Assembly (NCBI GenBank): GCA_963786805.1
Contig: CAWBAK010000004.1
Location: 30,037-94,036 of the forward strand
Direction: 5' to 3'
Source of the DNA: an uncultured Actinomycetes bacterium
Lineage (GTDB): Bacteria; Actinomycetota; UBA4738; HRBIN12
Length of the DNA: 64,000 nt
Each line of letters begins with the position of its first letter. Position 1 is the stretch's first letter. The notes below the pieces were generated by a model. It had not been told where the DNA came from, searched no databases, and was given only the letters and a program-made list of their open reading frames with translations. The position numbers and the translations under genes were made by a program. Below are positions 50,952 to 62,600 of this stretch, piece after piece.

Positions 50952-51694
50952 GCGACGAGGTCTCGAAGGTCGCCGTCGTCACGGGTGGTTCCCGTGGCAT
51001 CGGCAGAGCCTGCGCCGAGGCGCTCGGCGCGGCCGGATGGCGGGTCGCCGTCGCCTATCGCACGAGCGACACCGACGCGAAGGAGACGCTCGACGCGATC
51101 GAACGCGCGGGCGGCAAGGGAACCATCGTTCGCATCGACACGCTCGACGAGTCATCGGTGAGCGATGGGTTCAAGGAGGTCTCCGCGGCGCTCGGCCCGG
51201 TGACCGGGCTCGTGAACAACGCCGGCTACTCCAAGGACGGGCTGCTCATCACCTACCCCACGGAGCAGTTCGTGCGGACGATGGACACGAACGTGCGCGG
51301 CGCCTTCTACTGCACCCGGGCCGCGCTCCGCGGGATGCTCCGGGCACGGTGGGGCCGGATCGTGAACATGTCCTCGGCGGTCGCGATCCACGGGAACGCG
51401 GGCCAGACGGCCTACGCGGCGTCCAAGTCTGCCCTCGTCGGCATCACGAAGTCGCTGGCCCGCGAGGTCGGTGCGAAGGGCATCACCGTCAACGCCGTCT
51501 GCCCGGGACTCCTCGACACCGACATGACGTCGCACCTCAACGACGAGGCCCGCGCGTACTACCTCGACCAGACGCCCCTCGGGCGTGCCGCCACGCTCGA
51601 AGAGGTGGCGAACGTCGTCCGCTTCCTCATGTCCGAGGAGGCGTCCTACGTGAACGGCGCGGTCGTGCCGATCGACGGCGGGCTCACCGCGTAG
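50948..51694 (+). CDS. fabG: 3-oxoacyl-ACP reductase
   Basis: TGGSRGIG Rossmann motif and YAASK catalytic motif. GTG start overlaps the fabH stop (GTGA). Confidence 0.9.
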   Translation: MSDEVSKVAVVTGGSRGIGRACAEALGAAGWRVAVAYRTSDTDAKETLDAIERAGGKGTIVRIDTLDESSVSDGFKEVSAALGPVTGLVNNAGYSKDGLLITYPTEQFVRTMDTNVRGAFYCTRAALRGMLRARWGRIVNMSSAVAIHGNAGQTAYAASKSALVGITKSLAREVGAKGITVNAVCPGLLDTDMTSHLNDEARAYYLDQTPLGRAATLEEVANVVRFLMSEEASYVNGAVVPIDGGLTA

Positions 51695-51763
51695 CCGAGT
51701 TCGAGCCGAGCCCCGTAGCATGGGCCGGCATCCGACAAAGGGAAGGAACGGAGGACCGCAACG

Positions 51764-52012
51764 ATGGACAAGGCAGAGATCGAGACGAGGGTCCGGAAGG
51801 TCCTCGCGGAGCAGCTCGCGGTGGACGAGGCGCAGGTCGTGCCCGACGCCCGGTTCGCCGAGGACCTGAACGCCGACTCGCTCGACCTCGTCGAGGCCGT
51901 GCTCGCCCTCGAGGAGGAATGGAACATCGACATCCCCGAGGAGGAGATGGAGGGCGTGAAGACCGTCGGCCAGGCGGTCGCTCTCGTGGAGCAGAAGCTC
52001 GGGGCGTCCTAG
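51764..52012 (+). CDS. acpP: Acyl carrier protein
   Basis: 82 aa with the DSLD phosphopantetheine attachment motif. Confidence 0.9.
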   Translation: MDKAEIETRVRKVLAEQLAVDEAQVVPDARFAEDLNADSLDLVEAVLALEEEWNIDIPEEEMEGVKTVGQAVALVEQKLGAS

Positions 52013-52016
52013 CTCG

Positions 52017-53262
52017 ATGGCCGAGCGCAACACCGAACGGGTCGTCGTCACCGGGATCGGCCCGGTCACTCCGATCGGCACCGGGGTCGAGGAGTTCTGG
52101 ACCGGCCTCGTCTCCGGGCGCAACGGCATCGGACCGATCCAGCGCTTCGAGACCGACGACCTTCCCGTGAAGCTCTCCGGTGACGTCCGCGACTTCGAGC
52201 CATCCCGTTGGATGGACGCGAAGGAGATCCGCCGGACCGACCGGTTCGTCCACTACGCGATCGCCTCCGCCAAGCTGGCGTGGGAGGACTCCGGCAAGCC
52301 CGAGGTCCCTTCGGAGCGCGCCGGGATCGTCTTCGCGACCGGGATCGGCGGGATCGAGATGGCTCCTCAACCAGCACAAGGTCCTGCTCGAGAAGGGGCC
52401 GAACCGGGTCTCGCCGTTCATGGTCCCCGCGCTGATGGCGAACGCGGCGGCCGGTCACATCGCGATGCTCTTCGGATTCACCGGGCCGAACTTCTGCACG
52501 GTGTCCGCCTGCGCATCGGGGGCTCACGCCGTCGGCGAGGGCTACCGGATGATCCGCGACGGCCTCGTCGATCTCGCGCTCGTCGGCGGGTCGGAGTCCG
52601 CGACCCTGCCGCTGACGGTGGCCGCGTTCTCGCAGATGACGGCGCTCACGAAGAACCCCGATCCCGAGACGGCGTCGCGGCCCTTCGACGCCCATCGCGA
52701 CGGGTTCGTGCTCTCCGAGGGCGCGTGCACGCTGATCCTGGAGCCGGAATCTCGCGCCAGGGATCGCGGCGCGACGATCTACGGCGAGGTCGCCGGCTAC
52801 GGCGCGTCCGACGACGCGTTCCACATCACCGCACCCGATCCCAAGGGCACGGGCGCCGCGATCGCGATCCGGCGCGCGCTCGAGGACGCCGGCGAGGAAC
52901 CGTCGGCGGTCCAGTACGTGAACGCCCACGGCACCTCGACGCAGCTGAACGACGCCGGCGAGACCGCCGCGCTCAAGGCGGCGCTCGGCGACGAGGTCGC
53001 CCACCGCGTAGCGGTGTCGTCCACGAAGTCGATGACGGGCCACATGCTCGGCGCGGCCGGAGCCGTCGAGGCCGCCGCCTCGATCTTGGCGATCCAGCGC
53101 GGCACGATCCCGCCCACGATCCACTACGAGACGCCCGATCCCGACTGTGACCTCGACTACGTCCCGAACGAGGCTCGCAAGGCCGACCTCACGTTCGCGA
53201 TCAGCAACTCGTTCGGATTCGGCGGCCAGAACGCCGTCGTCGCCTTCCGGAAGGCGACGTAG
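52017..53262 (+). CDS. fabF: 3-oxoacyl-ACP synthase II, interrupted by a 1-nt insertion near 52359-52362
   Basis: N-terminus in ORF 52017.. (RVVVTGIGPVTPIG). Remainder in ORF 52180..53262 (ACASG, NAHGTST, GHMLGAAG). Removing one base in gagat[g]gctcctc joins GIGGIEMLLNQHKVLLEKGPNRVSPF. Confidence 0.9.
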
Positions 53263-53295
53263 CGCCTCTCACCCCGGGCGTGCGAGACTTCGACC

Positions 53296-53676
53296 GTGAG
53301 CGCATCGGTCACCTGTCCCGTCTGCGGGAGCGCCAACCCTCCGGACTCCCGGTTCTGCTCTCGGTGCGGGACGCAGCTCGACCGGATCGTCGGTGGCGTG
53401 GCCCCGACACCCGTCGCGGCACCCGCTGCGACGCCTGCCGCGACACCCGCCGCCACACCGGCGGCGGCGCCCTCGGGCATGCCTTCGCTTCCCCCTCCGC
53501 CTGGCGAGCCGGTGACGATCACCCATCGCGGGAACCGGTTCGCCGTCGGCTACGGCGAGACGTTCTACGGGGTGTGGAACCTGAGTGGCGGTGCCCCTCT
53601 GCAGCGGTTCGAACGGACCGATGGCGGGTGGCAGCAGGCGTGGGCGCGGTTCCAGGAGCTCGAAGCGGGCGGCTGA
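53296..53676 (+). CDS. Zinc-ribbon protein with Ala/Thr/Pro repeat linker (hypothetical)
   Basis: VSASVTCPVCGSANPPDSRFCSRCG, then AATPAATPAATPAA (imperfect 12-nt tandem repeat, 53426-53461), then a 60-aa C-terminal domain with no recognised motif. Confidence 0.55.
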   Translation: MSASVTCPVCGSANPPDSRFCSRCGTQLDRIVGGVAPTPVAAPAATPAATPAATPAAAPSGMPSLPPPPGEPVTITHRGNRFAVGYGETFYGVWNLSGGAPLQRFERTDGGWQQAWARFQELEAGG

Positions 53677-53679
53677 GCG

Positions 53680-55296
53680 CTACGGCGTGAACGTCCGGTA
53701 CATCGGCGCGCAGTCGTAGACCGCCCTCGTGGCACGGCCGTCGATGACGGTGTCGAACCGGATCCGGTCGGGCGACCACGGCTCGCCGACCCGGAACGAG
53801 CCATCGGGTAGGGCTCGGAGCGGCCGCTCGTGGTACCGCAGCTCGTCGTGGGCGGGATCCTGCAGCCACGGCTCGCCGTCCCGGAGGAACACACGGATGT
53901 GGGACGCCCACGGGTCGTGACTCCGGTAATGCCCGACGAGTGCCCTCCACTCGTCGCCCTCTCGAGCCGGCGCGCCCCGCTTCGCGCGGCCGTCCGCCTC
54001 GTAGCGGTCGGGACCGTGATGCGCGACCTCGGCCCGGCCGTCCTCACCCATCTCGAACCGCAGGACGAACCGGTCGAGCTTCCGGTCGTCGATCAGGAAG
54101 CTTCCGGGATCGTCGGCGTCGAAGGGGATGAGCCGGGTGCTCCGACCGCCGATGTCGGCGGTGAGCCGGTCTCCGCTCGGCGTGACCTCGATCGAGCCCG
54201 CCGGCCCGTGGAACTCGCCCGCGTACCGCTCGGCGTCGGCCACGGTCGCCGGATCGGGCAGCGGCGGCACCTCGGGAAGCGCTCCACCCTCGGCAGCGGC
54301 GGCGAGCGTGTCGAGCGCGAACCTCGCGAGGCCGATCCGGGGGCCGAAGCCATTCGTGAGGATCGCGACGCCGGATCCCGTCGCGGGATCGCAGTTCGCG
54401 TGCGCCGCGTAGCCGACCGTGCTTCCGGAGTGACCGAGCAGCCGGCCGTCGGTCCAGCGGAGCCCGTACCCGTACCGCTCGCCGGTGTCCTCGTCGACGG
54501 TCATCGGGCTCGACATCAACGAGAAGCTCGTCGGATCCACGACTCCCCGGCCTTCGTTCAGCAGGAGACGGACGTACCCCGCGAGCTCGTCGGCGGTCGC
54601 GCAGATCGTGCCGTCCGCGGTGCCGCTCTCGATCCACGGCGACGCTGCGAGGCCATGGGCCGGCTGCCACGGCCGGTCGTCGAACGTTGCGCCGTAACCG
54701 ACGACGAGGCTCGGCCGCACGTCGTTCGTGATCACCGGCGAGGAAGCCTGCATCCCGACCGGCGTCATGACACGCTCGTGGACGGTCTCGTACCAGGGAC
54801 GACCGGTCAGCCGCTCGAGCACGAGGCCGAGCGCCTTATAGCCCGCGTTCGAATACCAGAACCGCTCGCCCGGCGCGTACCCCGGCTCGAGCTCGCGCAG
54901 CGACCACACCTCGTGCGTCGCCTCCGTCGTGAAATCCATCCCTTGGATCAGCCCGCTCGTGTGACTGAGCAGGTGGTGCACGGTGATCGGCGGGTACGGC
55001 GAGGCGATCTCGAGCCACGGCAGGTACTCGGTCACCGGAGCGTCGAGGTCGAGCCGCCCCGCCTCGCGCTCCTGCAGGAGCGCCATCGCCGTGAAGCCCT
55101 TGCCGATCGAGCCGATCTGGAAGCGATGGTGCGGCTCGACGGGACTCCGAGCGTCCGCGTTCGCGAAGCCGTGGCAGATCACGGCGAGGGTGCGCTCGCG
55201 ATCGGTCAGCGCGACCTGGACGCCCGGGGCGACGAGCTCGTCCATCCGCCGGTCGAGGAACTCGCGAACGCGCGCGACGACCGCCGGGACGTCCAT
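53680..55296 (-). CDS. Serine hydrolase / beta-lactamase-family protein with C-terminal extension
   Basis: 538 aa from MDVPAVVARV. SxxK (SIGK) and YSN motifs. About 170 aa of additional C-terminal domain. The upstream part of ORF 53680..55722 overlaps ndk out of frame. Confidence 0.8.
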   Translation of the reverse strand: MDVPAVVARVREFLDRRMDELVAPGVQVALTDRERTLAVICHGFANADARSPVEPHHRFQIGSIGKGFTAMALLQEREAGRLDLDAPVTEYLPWLEIASPYPPITVHHLLSHTSGLIQGMDFTTEATHEVWSLRELEPGYAPGERFWYSNAGYKALGLVLERLTGRPWYETVHERVMTPVGMQASSPVITNDVRPSLVVGYGATFDDRPWQPAHGLAASPWIESGTADGTICATADELAGYVRLLLNEGRGVVDPTSFSLMSSPMTVDEDTGERYGYGLRWTDGRLLGHSGSTVGYAAHANCDPATGSGVAILTNGFGPRIGLARFALDTLAAAAEGGALPEVPPLPDPATVADAERYAGEFHGPAGSIEVTPSGDRLTADIGGRSTRLIPFDADDPGSFLIDDRKLDRFVLRFEMGEDGRAEVAHHGPDRYEADGRAKRGAPAREGDEWRALVGHYRSHDPWASHIRVFLRDGEPWLQDPAHDELRYHERPLRALPDGSFRVGEPWSPDRIRFDTVIDGRATRAVYDCAPMYRTFTP

Positions 55297-55301
55297 CGCG
55301 C

Positions 55302-55706
55302 TCAGGTGAAGAAGAGTTTGAGCTCGCGCTCGGCCGACTCCGGCGAGTCGCTGCCGTGCACGATGTTCTCGGTGATCACCAGTCCGAAGTCCCCCCGGAT
55401 CGTCCCGGGCGGAGCGGTTGACGGATCCGTCGGCCCCATCAGCGTGCGCCAGACGTCGATCGCGTTCTCGCCCTCGAGACGCGCGACGAGGACGGGGCCG
55501 GACGTGATGAACTCGACGAGCTCGCCGAAGAACGGCTTCTCGCGATGCTCGCCGTAGTGCTCCTCGGCGAGCGGGCGGTCGATCGTCATCATCCGCATGT
55601 CGGCGATCCGCAACCCCTTGGTCTCGGCGCGCCGCAGGACCTCGCCGACGAGGCCGCGGCGAACGCCGTCCGGCTTCACGACGAGCAGTGTCGATTCGAC
55701 CGCCAT
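55302..55706 (-). CDS. ndk: Nucleoside diphosphate kinase
   Basis: 134 aa. LLVVKPDGV and NIVHGSDS (active-site His) motifs. Confidence 0.95.
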   Translation of the reverse strand: MAVESTLLVVKPDGVRRGLVGEVLRRAETKGLRIADMRMMTIDRPLAEEHYGEHREKPFFGELVEFITSGPVLVARLEGENAIDVWRTLMGPTDPSTAPPGTIRGDFGLVITENIVHGSDSPESAERELKLFFT

Positions 55707-57052
55707 CAGACGTCCTCCTCATCGAGGTGCCGCAGGTCCGAACCCAACCCGTCGGATCCGCCGCTGCGTTGCTGCACGCCCAGCGTCCGGCGCGCGGCCG
55801 CGACAGTGTACAGAGAGCCGGTCACCAGGATGAGGTCGCCGTCGTCCGCTGCCTCGCGCGCCGCGGCGAGTGCATCCTCGACGCTTCCGAAGGTCTGCGT
55901 CGGGATGCCGTGGAGCGCCAGCGCGCGCGCGACCTCCTCGGCCGGACGGGCTCGAACGCTCGTGGTCGTCGCCGCGTAGCCGACGTCCGCGAGCGGCGCC
56001 AGCTGCTCGACGATCCCGTCCAGATCCTTGTTCGAGAACACCGCGAGGACGAGGTGCAACCGGATCCAGGTGAACGACTCGGGCAGGGCGGTGGCGAGCG
56101 CCCTGGCCGCGCCCGGGTTGTGGGCGCCGTCGAGCAGGATGAGGGGCCGGCGCGCGGCGACCTCGAGGCGTCCCGGCGACGTGGCGCCCGCGAGCGCGTC
56201 ACGGACGGCATCGGCCTCGAGCGCGTGCTCGAGCAACGTCTCGACCGCCACGATGGCGGCCGCCGCGTTCCGGGCGGCGAACTCGCCGAAGAGCGGTAGG
56301 AGCAGGTCCTCGTACGTCGCGTGGATGCCGCGCACGGTGAGCGACTGGCCGCCGACGGCCGGCGCGCGGATCTCGAGACCCCAATCCCGGTCTTCGAGCA
56401 GCATTCGCGCTCCGACCTCCTCGCACCGCGCCTCGATCACGGCGAGAGCCTCCCGCGGCTGCTCGCGGACGACGGCGACCGCTCCCGCCTTGATGATCCC
56501 GGCCTTCTCCTTCGCGACCTCGGCGTGCGTGGCACCCAGTTCCGGATGGTCGAGCGCGATCGGACACAGCACGGCGACCTGGCCCGCGACGAGGTTCGTC
56601 GCGTCCCACGTCCCTCCCATGCCGACCTCGAAGACCCCGAGGTCGGCCGGCTTGTCGGCGAACCACAGGAACGCGAGCGCGGCGAGCGCTTCGAAGTAGG
56701 TGACGGGTCCCACGCGCTCGTCGACCGTGCGCAGATATGGCAGCAGGTGCTCGTACTCCTCGCCGAACTCCTTCTCCGAGATCGGCTCGTCGCAGAGCTG
56801 CAGCCGCTCCCGAACCGTTTCGAGGTGCGGCGAGGTGAACAGACCGGTCGCGAGCCCCTGCGCGCACGCGATCCGCGCGGTGAGCCGGGCGGTCGTCGTC
56901 TTGCCGTTGGTCCCGGTGACGTGGATCGTCGGATACCGCAGCTGAGGATCGTCGAGCAGGTCGGCCAGCGACCGGATCCGCTCGAGGTCCGGCTTGGGCA
57001 TGTGCTCGGGCTGGCGCGAGTCCAGCTCGGCGACGGCGTCGGCGAACCGCAC
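55706..57052 (-). CDS. folC: Bifunctional folylpolyglutamate synthase / dihydrofolate synthase
   Basis: [11 protein letters not shown]-loop, Mur-ligase-like organisation, GTG start. 1-nt overlap (TGATG) with the ndk start. Confidence 0.9.
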   Translation of the reverse strand: MRFADAVAELDSRQPEHMPKPDLERIRSLADLLDDPQLRYPTIHVTGTNGKTTTARLTARIACAQGLATGLFTSPHLETVRERLQLCDEPISEKEFGEEYEHLLPYLRTVDERVGPVTYFEALAALAFLWFADKPADLGVFEVGMGGTWDATNLVAGQVAVLCPIALDHPELGATHAEVAKEKAGIIKAGAVAVVREQPREALAVIEARCEEVGARMLLEDRDWGLEIRAPAVGGQSLTVRGIHATYEDLLLPLFGEFAARNAAAAIVAVETLLEHALEADAVRDALAGATSPGRLEVAARRPLILLDGAHNPGAARALATALPESFTWIRLHLVLAVFSNKDLDGIVEQLAPLADVGYAATTTSVRARPAEEVARALALHGIPTQTFGSVEDALAAAREAADDGDLILVTGSLYTVAAARRTLGVQQRSGGSDGLGSDLRHLDEEDV

Positions 57053-57055
57053 GGA

Positions 57056-59587
57056 TCAGGCCTGCGTCGGCAGGAGGACCTCGACCCGCGGCTCTGCGGA
57101 CTCGACGTACTCGATCGCGGCGACGTTGCCGGCCTCGCGGATGTCCCGCTCGACGTCGCGAAGGAGCTTCTGCCGCTCCTCGGGCGCGTGGACGATCACG
57201 CGCTCGGCCTCGACCCGCAGCGAGAGCTTCGCGAGCGCCTTCGCCTTGCGGACCTCGCCGAGGACCCAGGCCGCGGCGTCGTAGACGGCGGGATCTGCGC
57301 CCGCGGTCGCCTCGTCGAGCTCGTCGGTCGAGGGCCACGCGGCGCGATGGATCGAGCCCTCCTTCCACCATGACCAGACCTCCTCGGTCACGTACGGCAG
57401 GAAGGGCGCGAACAGACGAAGGAGCGTCGAGAGCGCGAGCCGCAGCGACGCGATCGCCGATCCCCCGTCGCTGCCGTACGCGCGGCTCTTCACGAGCTCG
57501 AGGTAGTCGTCGGTGAAGCCCCAGAAGAAGCGCTCGGTCACCTCGAGCGCGCGCGTGTGCTCGTAGCCCTCGAGCGCGCGGGTGGCCTCGTCCACCGTCT
57601 CGGAGAGCCGTTTCAGCATCGACCGGTCGAGTGGATCGCCGATCTCCCCCTCGCTCCCCTCGAGCGAGGCCAGGGCGAACCGCGACGCGTTCAGGACCTT
57701 GATCGCCAGCCTGCGGCCGACCTTGATCTGCTGCTCGTCGAAGGTGGCGTCGACGCCGAGGCGAGCGCTCCCCGCCCAGTACCGGACGGCGTCGGCTCCG
57801 TGCTTCTCGAAGGTCTCGAGCGGCGTCACGACGTTGCCCTTGGACTTCGACATCTTCTTGCGGTCCGGGTCCAGGACGAACCCGCTGATGGCCGCGTCGG
57901 TCCAGGGAAGCGCGCCGTGCTCCAGGTGCGATTTCAGCACCGTGTAGAAGAGCCAGGTGCGGATGATCTCGTGCGCCTGCGGGCGAAGGTCCATCGGGAA
58001 CACCCGCGAGAAGAGATCGGGGTCGTCCTCCCACCGGCCGACGATCTGCGGCGACATCGACGACGTCGCCCACGTGTCCATGACGTCGGGGTCACCCACG
58101 AACCCACCGGGCTCGCCCCGCTGCTCGGCCGTGTACCCGGGAGGCGCCTCCTCGAGCGGATCGACCGGCAGGGCGGATCCCTCCGGCAGGATCGGGTCGT
58201 CGTAGTCGGCCTGGCCGTGCTCGTCCAGGCGGTACCACACGGGGAACGCGACGCCGAAGAACCGTTGCCGGCTGAGGGCCCAGTCGCTGTTCAGGCCCTC
58301 GACCCACGACGTGTAGCGAGCGCCCATGTACGCGGGATGCCAACGGATCTCTTCACCGCGACGCAGCAGCTCGTCGCGGCGATCGAGCGTCTTCACGAAC
58401 CACTGGCGGCTCGTGATGATCTCGAGCGGTCGTTCGCCTCGCTCGTAGAACTTCACCGGGTGCCGCACGGGTTTCGGCTCTCCGATGAGTGCGCCGGCCT
58501 CGCGAAGCAGCGCGGAGACGACCTTGCGCGCCTGCTTCGTCCCCTTGCCCGCCAGCTCCGACATGGCGGCGTTCGCCTTCTCGGGATCGCGAGAGGGCCA
58601 ACCCGGCTCGCCGAACCGACCCGGAGCGATCGTCCCGTTCCGGCCGACCACGACCCGCGTGGGAAGGCCAAGCTCGCGCCACCACGTCACGTCCGCCACG
58701 TCGCCGAACGTGCAGACCATCGCGATGCCCGTCCCCTTCTCCGGGTCGGCGAGCTCGTGCGCCACGATGGGAACCGGCGCGTCGAACAGCGGCGTGTAGA
58801 CGGTCGACCCGACGAGGTCGCGGTACCGCTCGTCCGCGGGATTGGTGACGAGCGCGACGCAGGCGGGGATGAGCTCGGGACGCGACGTCTCGATCTCGAC
58901 CGTTCCCCCGCCTTCACGCTCGAACGCGATCCGGTGGTACAGGCCCTCCAACTCGCGGTCCTCGATCTCGGCCTGCGCGACGGCGGTCTGGAAGTCGACG
59001 TCCCAGGTCGTGGGCGCCTCGGCGGTGTACGCCTGCCCGCGCTTCACCAGGCGCACGAACGCCCGCTGCGAGGCCCGCCGCGCGACCTCGCCGATCGTGG
59101 TGTAGGTCTGCGTCCAGTCGACCGAGAGACCGGCCATCCGGAACAGGCGCTCGAAGGTCTTCTCGTCCTCGACGGTCAGGTGCTCGCAGAGCGCGATGAA
59201 GTTGCCGCGCGCGAGGGGGGTCTCCTCCGCCTGCGGTTCGAAGATCGCGGCGTCGAACGTCTCGTCGAACGGCAGGGAGGGGTCACATCGGACGTGGTAG
59301 TAGTGCTGGACCCGGCGTTCGGTCGGCAGGCCGTTGTCGTCCCAGCCCATCGGATAGAAGAGCTCGAACCCGCGCATCCGGTGGTACCGGGCGACGATGT
59401 CCGTGTGCGTGTAGGACATCACGTGCCCGACGTGCAGCGAGCCGCTCGCGGTGGGCGGCGGCGTGTCGATCGCGAAGATCTGCTCTCGGGTCTTCGAACG
59501 GTCGAAGCGGTAGGTTCCGTCGGCTTCCCACCGCTCGTCCCACTTCGCCTCGAGACCGTCGAGACTGGGCTTGTCGGGCACGGGCAT
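57056..59587 (-). CDS. valS: Valine--tRNA ligase
   Basis: 843 aa with HVGH (SLHVGHVMS) and KMSKS (KKMSKSKGN) class I motifs. Confidence 0.95.
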   Translation of the reverse strand: MPVPDKPSLDGLEAKWDERWEADGTYRFDRSKTREQIFAIDTPPPTASGSLHVGHVMSYTHTDIVARYHRMRGFELFYPMGWDDNGLPTERRVQHYYHVRCDPSLPFDETFDAAIFEPQAEETPLARGNFIALCEHLTVEDEKTFERLFRMAGLSVDWTQTYTTIGEVARRASQRAFVRLVKRGQAYTAEAPTTWDVDFQTAVAQAEIEDRELEGLYHRIAFEREGGGTVEIETSRPELIPACVALVTNPADERYRDLVGSTVYTPLFDAPVPIVAHELADPEKGTGIAMVCTFGDVADVTWWRELGLPTRVVVGRNGTIAPGRFGEPGWPSRDPEKANAAMSELAGKGTKQARKVVSALLREAGALIGEPKPVRHPVKFYERGERPLEIITSRQWFVKTLDRRDELLRRGEEIRWHPAYMGARYTSWVEGLNSDWALSRQRFFGVAFPVWYRLDEHGQADYDDPILPEGSALPVDPLEEAPPGYTAEQRGEPGGFVGDPDVMDTWATSSMSPQIVGRWEDDPDLFSRVFPMDLRPQAHEIIRTWLFYTVLKSHLEHGALPWTDAAISGFVLDPDRKKMSKSKGNVVTPLETFEKHGADAVRYWAGSARLGVDATFDEQQIKVGRRLAIKVLNASRFALASLEGSEGEIGDPLDRSMLKRLSETVDEATRALEGYEHTRALEVTERFFWGFTDDYLELVKSRAYGSDGGSAIASLRLALSTLLRLFAPFLPYVTEEVWSWWKEGSIHRAAWPSTDELDEATAGADPAVYDAAAWVLGEVRKAKALAKLSLRVEAERVIVHAPEERQKLLRDVERDIREAGNVAAIEYVESAEPRVEVLLPTQA

Positions 59588-59643
59588 GCGCCCGAGTCTA
59601 CGGGAAGGTCCGCGCCGGTCCTGCGGAATGTCCGCCCGCGCGG

Positions 59644-62600
59644 GTGGCGCCTACACTCCGCCGGGTGAAGGTCTGTTCGAACTGCGGCACAGGGAATCCG
59701 GACGCGGCGCGTTTCTGCCAGTCCTGCGGATCGTCACTCGTTCCGGCGTGTCCCGTCTGCGGCGCCGAGCGCCCGGAGGGCGGCCGGTTCTGTCCCAGCT
59801 GCGGTGCGCCGATCCTGGCGGAGGACGTCCCCGCCGGCCAGGAACGACGGCTCGTCACCATCCTGTTCGCGGACGTGACCGGCTCGACGGCGCTCGGCGA
59901 GCAACTGGATCCGGAACGGCTGCAGGAGGTCCTCGCCGCCTATTTCCAGGCCATGCGCGAGGAGATCGAGGCCGAGGGCGGCACGGTCGAGAAGTTCATC
60001 GGCGATGCGGTCATGGCGGCGTTCGGCGTTCCCACCGCCCATGAGGACGACCCGTCGCGGGCACTCCGCGCGGCCCTGCGGATGCGGCGGCGCCTGGAAC
60101 GCGTGAACACCGACCTCGAGAAGCGCTTCGGCGTCACGTTGCAGATCCGGACCGGGGTGAACACCGGAGAGGTCCTCGCCGCGACCGATCCGAGACCGGG
60201 CGAGCCCATGGTGACCGGAGATGCCGTGAACGTCGCCGCGCGGCTCGAGCAGACGGCCGACCCCGGCGGCATCGTCGTCTCCGAACGCACGGCGCGCGCC
60301 GCGCGGGGGTTCCGTTTCCACGAGCTCGGCGCGCGCGATCTCCGCGGCAAGGAGCAGCCCGTCCCCGCGGTCCTCCTCGAGGACGTGGCACCGGAGATCT
60401 CCGAACGCGGCGTTCCCGGCCTGCGCGCCCCGATGATCGGACGCGACCAGGAGCTCGCGCTCCTCCGGACGGTGTGCGCGCGGGTCGTAGCGGAGGGCCG
60501 TCCCCACCTCATCACGATCTACGGCGACCCGGGAGTCGGCAAGAGCCGGCTCGTCCGCGAGTTCCTGTCGGAGCCGTTCGGCGAGAGCGCGACCCCGCGG
60601 GTCGTCTTCGGCCGGTGCCTTCCGTACGGCGAAGGCATCACGTACTGGCCGCTCGCCGAGATCCTGAAGACCCACGCCGGCATCCTCGACACCGACCCGA
60701 CCGAGACCGTGCTCGCCAAGATCGAAGCGTCCTGCGAGGCCGTGCTGCGCCTCGATCCCTCGATCGACGTGGTCCGCGCGACCGGCGCGATCGCGTACAC
60801 CGTGGGCCTCGAGCTCCCCGCGGCGCCGATGCACGACCTCGAGCCCCGGCACGTGCGGGCCGAGATGGAGTCGGCCTGGCGATCCTTCTTCTCGGCGCTC
60901 GCCATCGGTTCGCCCGTGATCGCGGTGATCGAGGACATCCACTGGGCCGATCCCGCGCTGCTCCACCTGCTCGAGCATCTCGCCGACCGGGTCGTCGGAC
61001 CGGTGGTCTTCGTCTGTCCCGCCCGGCCAGAGCTGACGGATCGACGGGCGGGATGGGGCGGCGGGCACCGGAACTTCTCGTCGATCGCCCTCGAGCCGCT
61101 CTCGTCGGAGGACGCCGATCGCCTCGTCCGCCTGCTCCTCACCGTTGAGGACCTGCCGGAGAAGGTGCGCGCGCAGATCCTGGAGCGCGCCGAAGGGAAC
61201 CCGTTCTTCTTGGAAGAGATCGTCCGGCACATGATCGACGACGGCCGGATCGTTCGCGACGGCGGGCGGTGGCGCGCGTCGCCGGACGTGGGAGGTGTGC
61301 AGATCCCGGACACGGTCCAAGCCGTGCTCGCCGCAAGGATCGACCTGCTCGAGCCGGTCGACAAACGCGCGTTGCAACGAGCCGCCGTCGTCGGACGGGT
61401 GTTCTGGCCGGGTCCGGTGCGACGACTGTTGAACGGCGACGGCGAGGTGTTGGACGACGCGCTGCGGCGGCTCGAGGACCGCGACCTCATCCTGTCGCGC
61501 CTCGGGTCCGCGCTCGCCGGACAGCCGGAGTACATCTTCAAGCACGTGCTGACGCGCGACGTGGCCTACGAGAGCCTGCCGCGCCGCGACCGGCCCACCG
61601 CTCATGCCGAGGTCGCGACGTGGCTCGAGGAGACGGCGGGCGACCGACGTGAGGAGTTCGTCGAGCTCCTCGCGTACCACTTCGCCGAGGCCTTGCGAGG
61701 AACGGTGGACGACGGCCGCGAACCTCCCGACGAGGGCCTGCGCGACAAGGCGCTCCTCCATCTGCTGACGGCCTCTCGCGGCGCGCGGCGGAAGGTGGCG
61801 CTCGCGAAAGCCCAGTCGTTGGCTCGCCAGGCGCTCGAGCTGTCGCGTGCACCGCTCGAGCGCGCCGAGGCGCTCGAAGCGCTCGCCCAGGCGCTGATCG
61901 ACGATTACCGAGGGGACGAGGCGTACGAGATGTTCCGTGAGGCGGTCGAGGTCCGTCTCGACGGGGTGCCGCAGGACCGTCGCGCGATCGCGTACCTCTG
62001 CGCGCGATCGGTGGAGATGCCGACCCGATGGCCGGGAACGATGATGCAGGTGCCCCCGAACGACGAGGTCCGTCGGTATCTCGAGCTCGGGTTCTCGTAC
62101 CTGGAGCCGGGCGACAGCGAGGAGCGAACCCGTCTGCTCGTCGCTCGGAGCATGCTGGGGTTCGCCACGTTCGGCCGCGGCTTCTCGGAGGAACAGCTCG
62201 AGGAGAGCCGGAGCGACGGCGAGGAGGCCGCCGCGATGGCGGAGCGGCTCGGCCTGCCGGAGCTCCAGTCCGCGGCGCTCGACGGCGTCGGGGCGACGCT
62301 CATGATGCAGGGGCGCCCCGCGGCGATGGTCGAGGTGGACGAGCGGCGGCTGCGCCTGGTTCCGTTCCTCGCCGACCCGGCCGAGCTCGGCGATCTCTAC
62401 TCGAACGCCGCGTTGCCGCGGATCTTGATCGGACGGTTCCGCGAGGCGCTCGAGCTGGGCCAGCTGGGGGTCGAGGCGGCGCTCGACGAGGCCCCCTCGT
62501 TCGGCACGTACTCGATCGCGTGGACGACGGTCGCGAACTTCCGCCTCGGGAACTGGGACGAGGCGATGGCCGGCCACGACCGGCTCCTCGGGCGGCTCGG

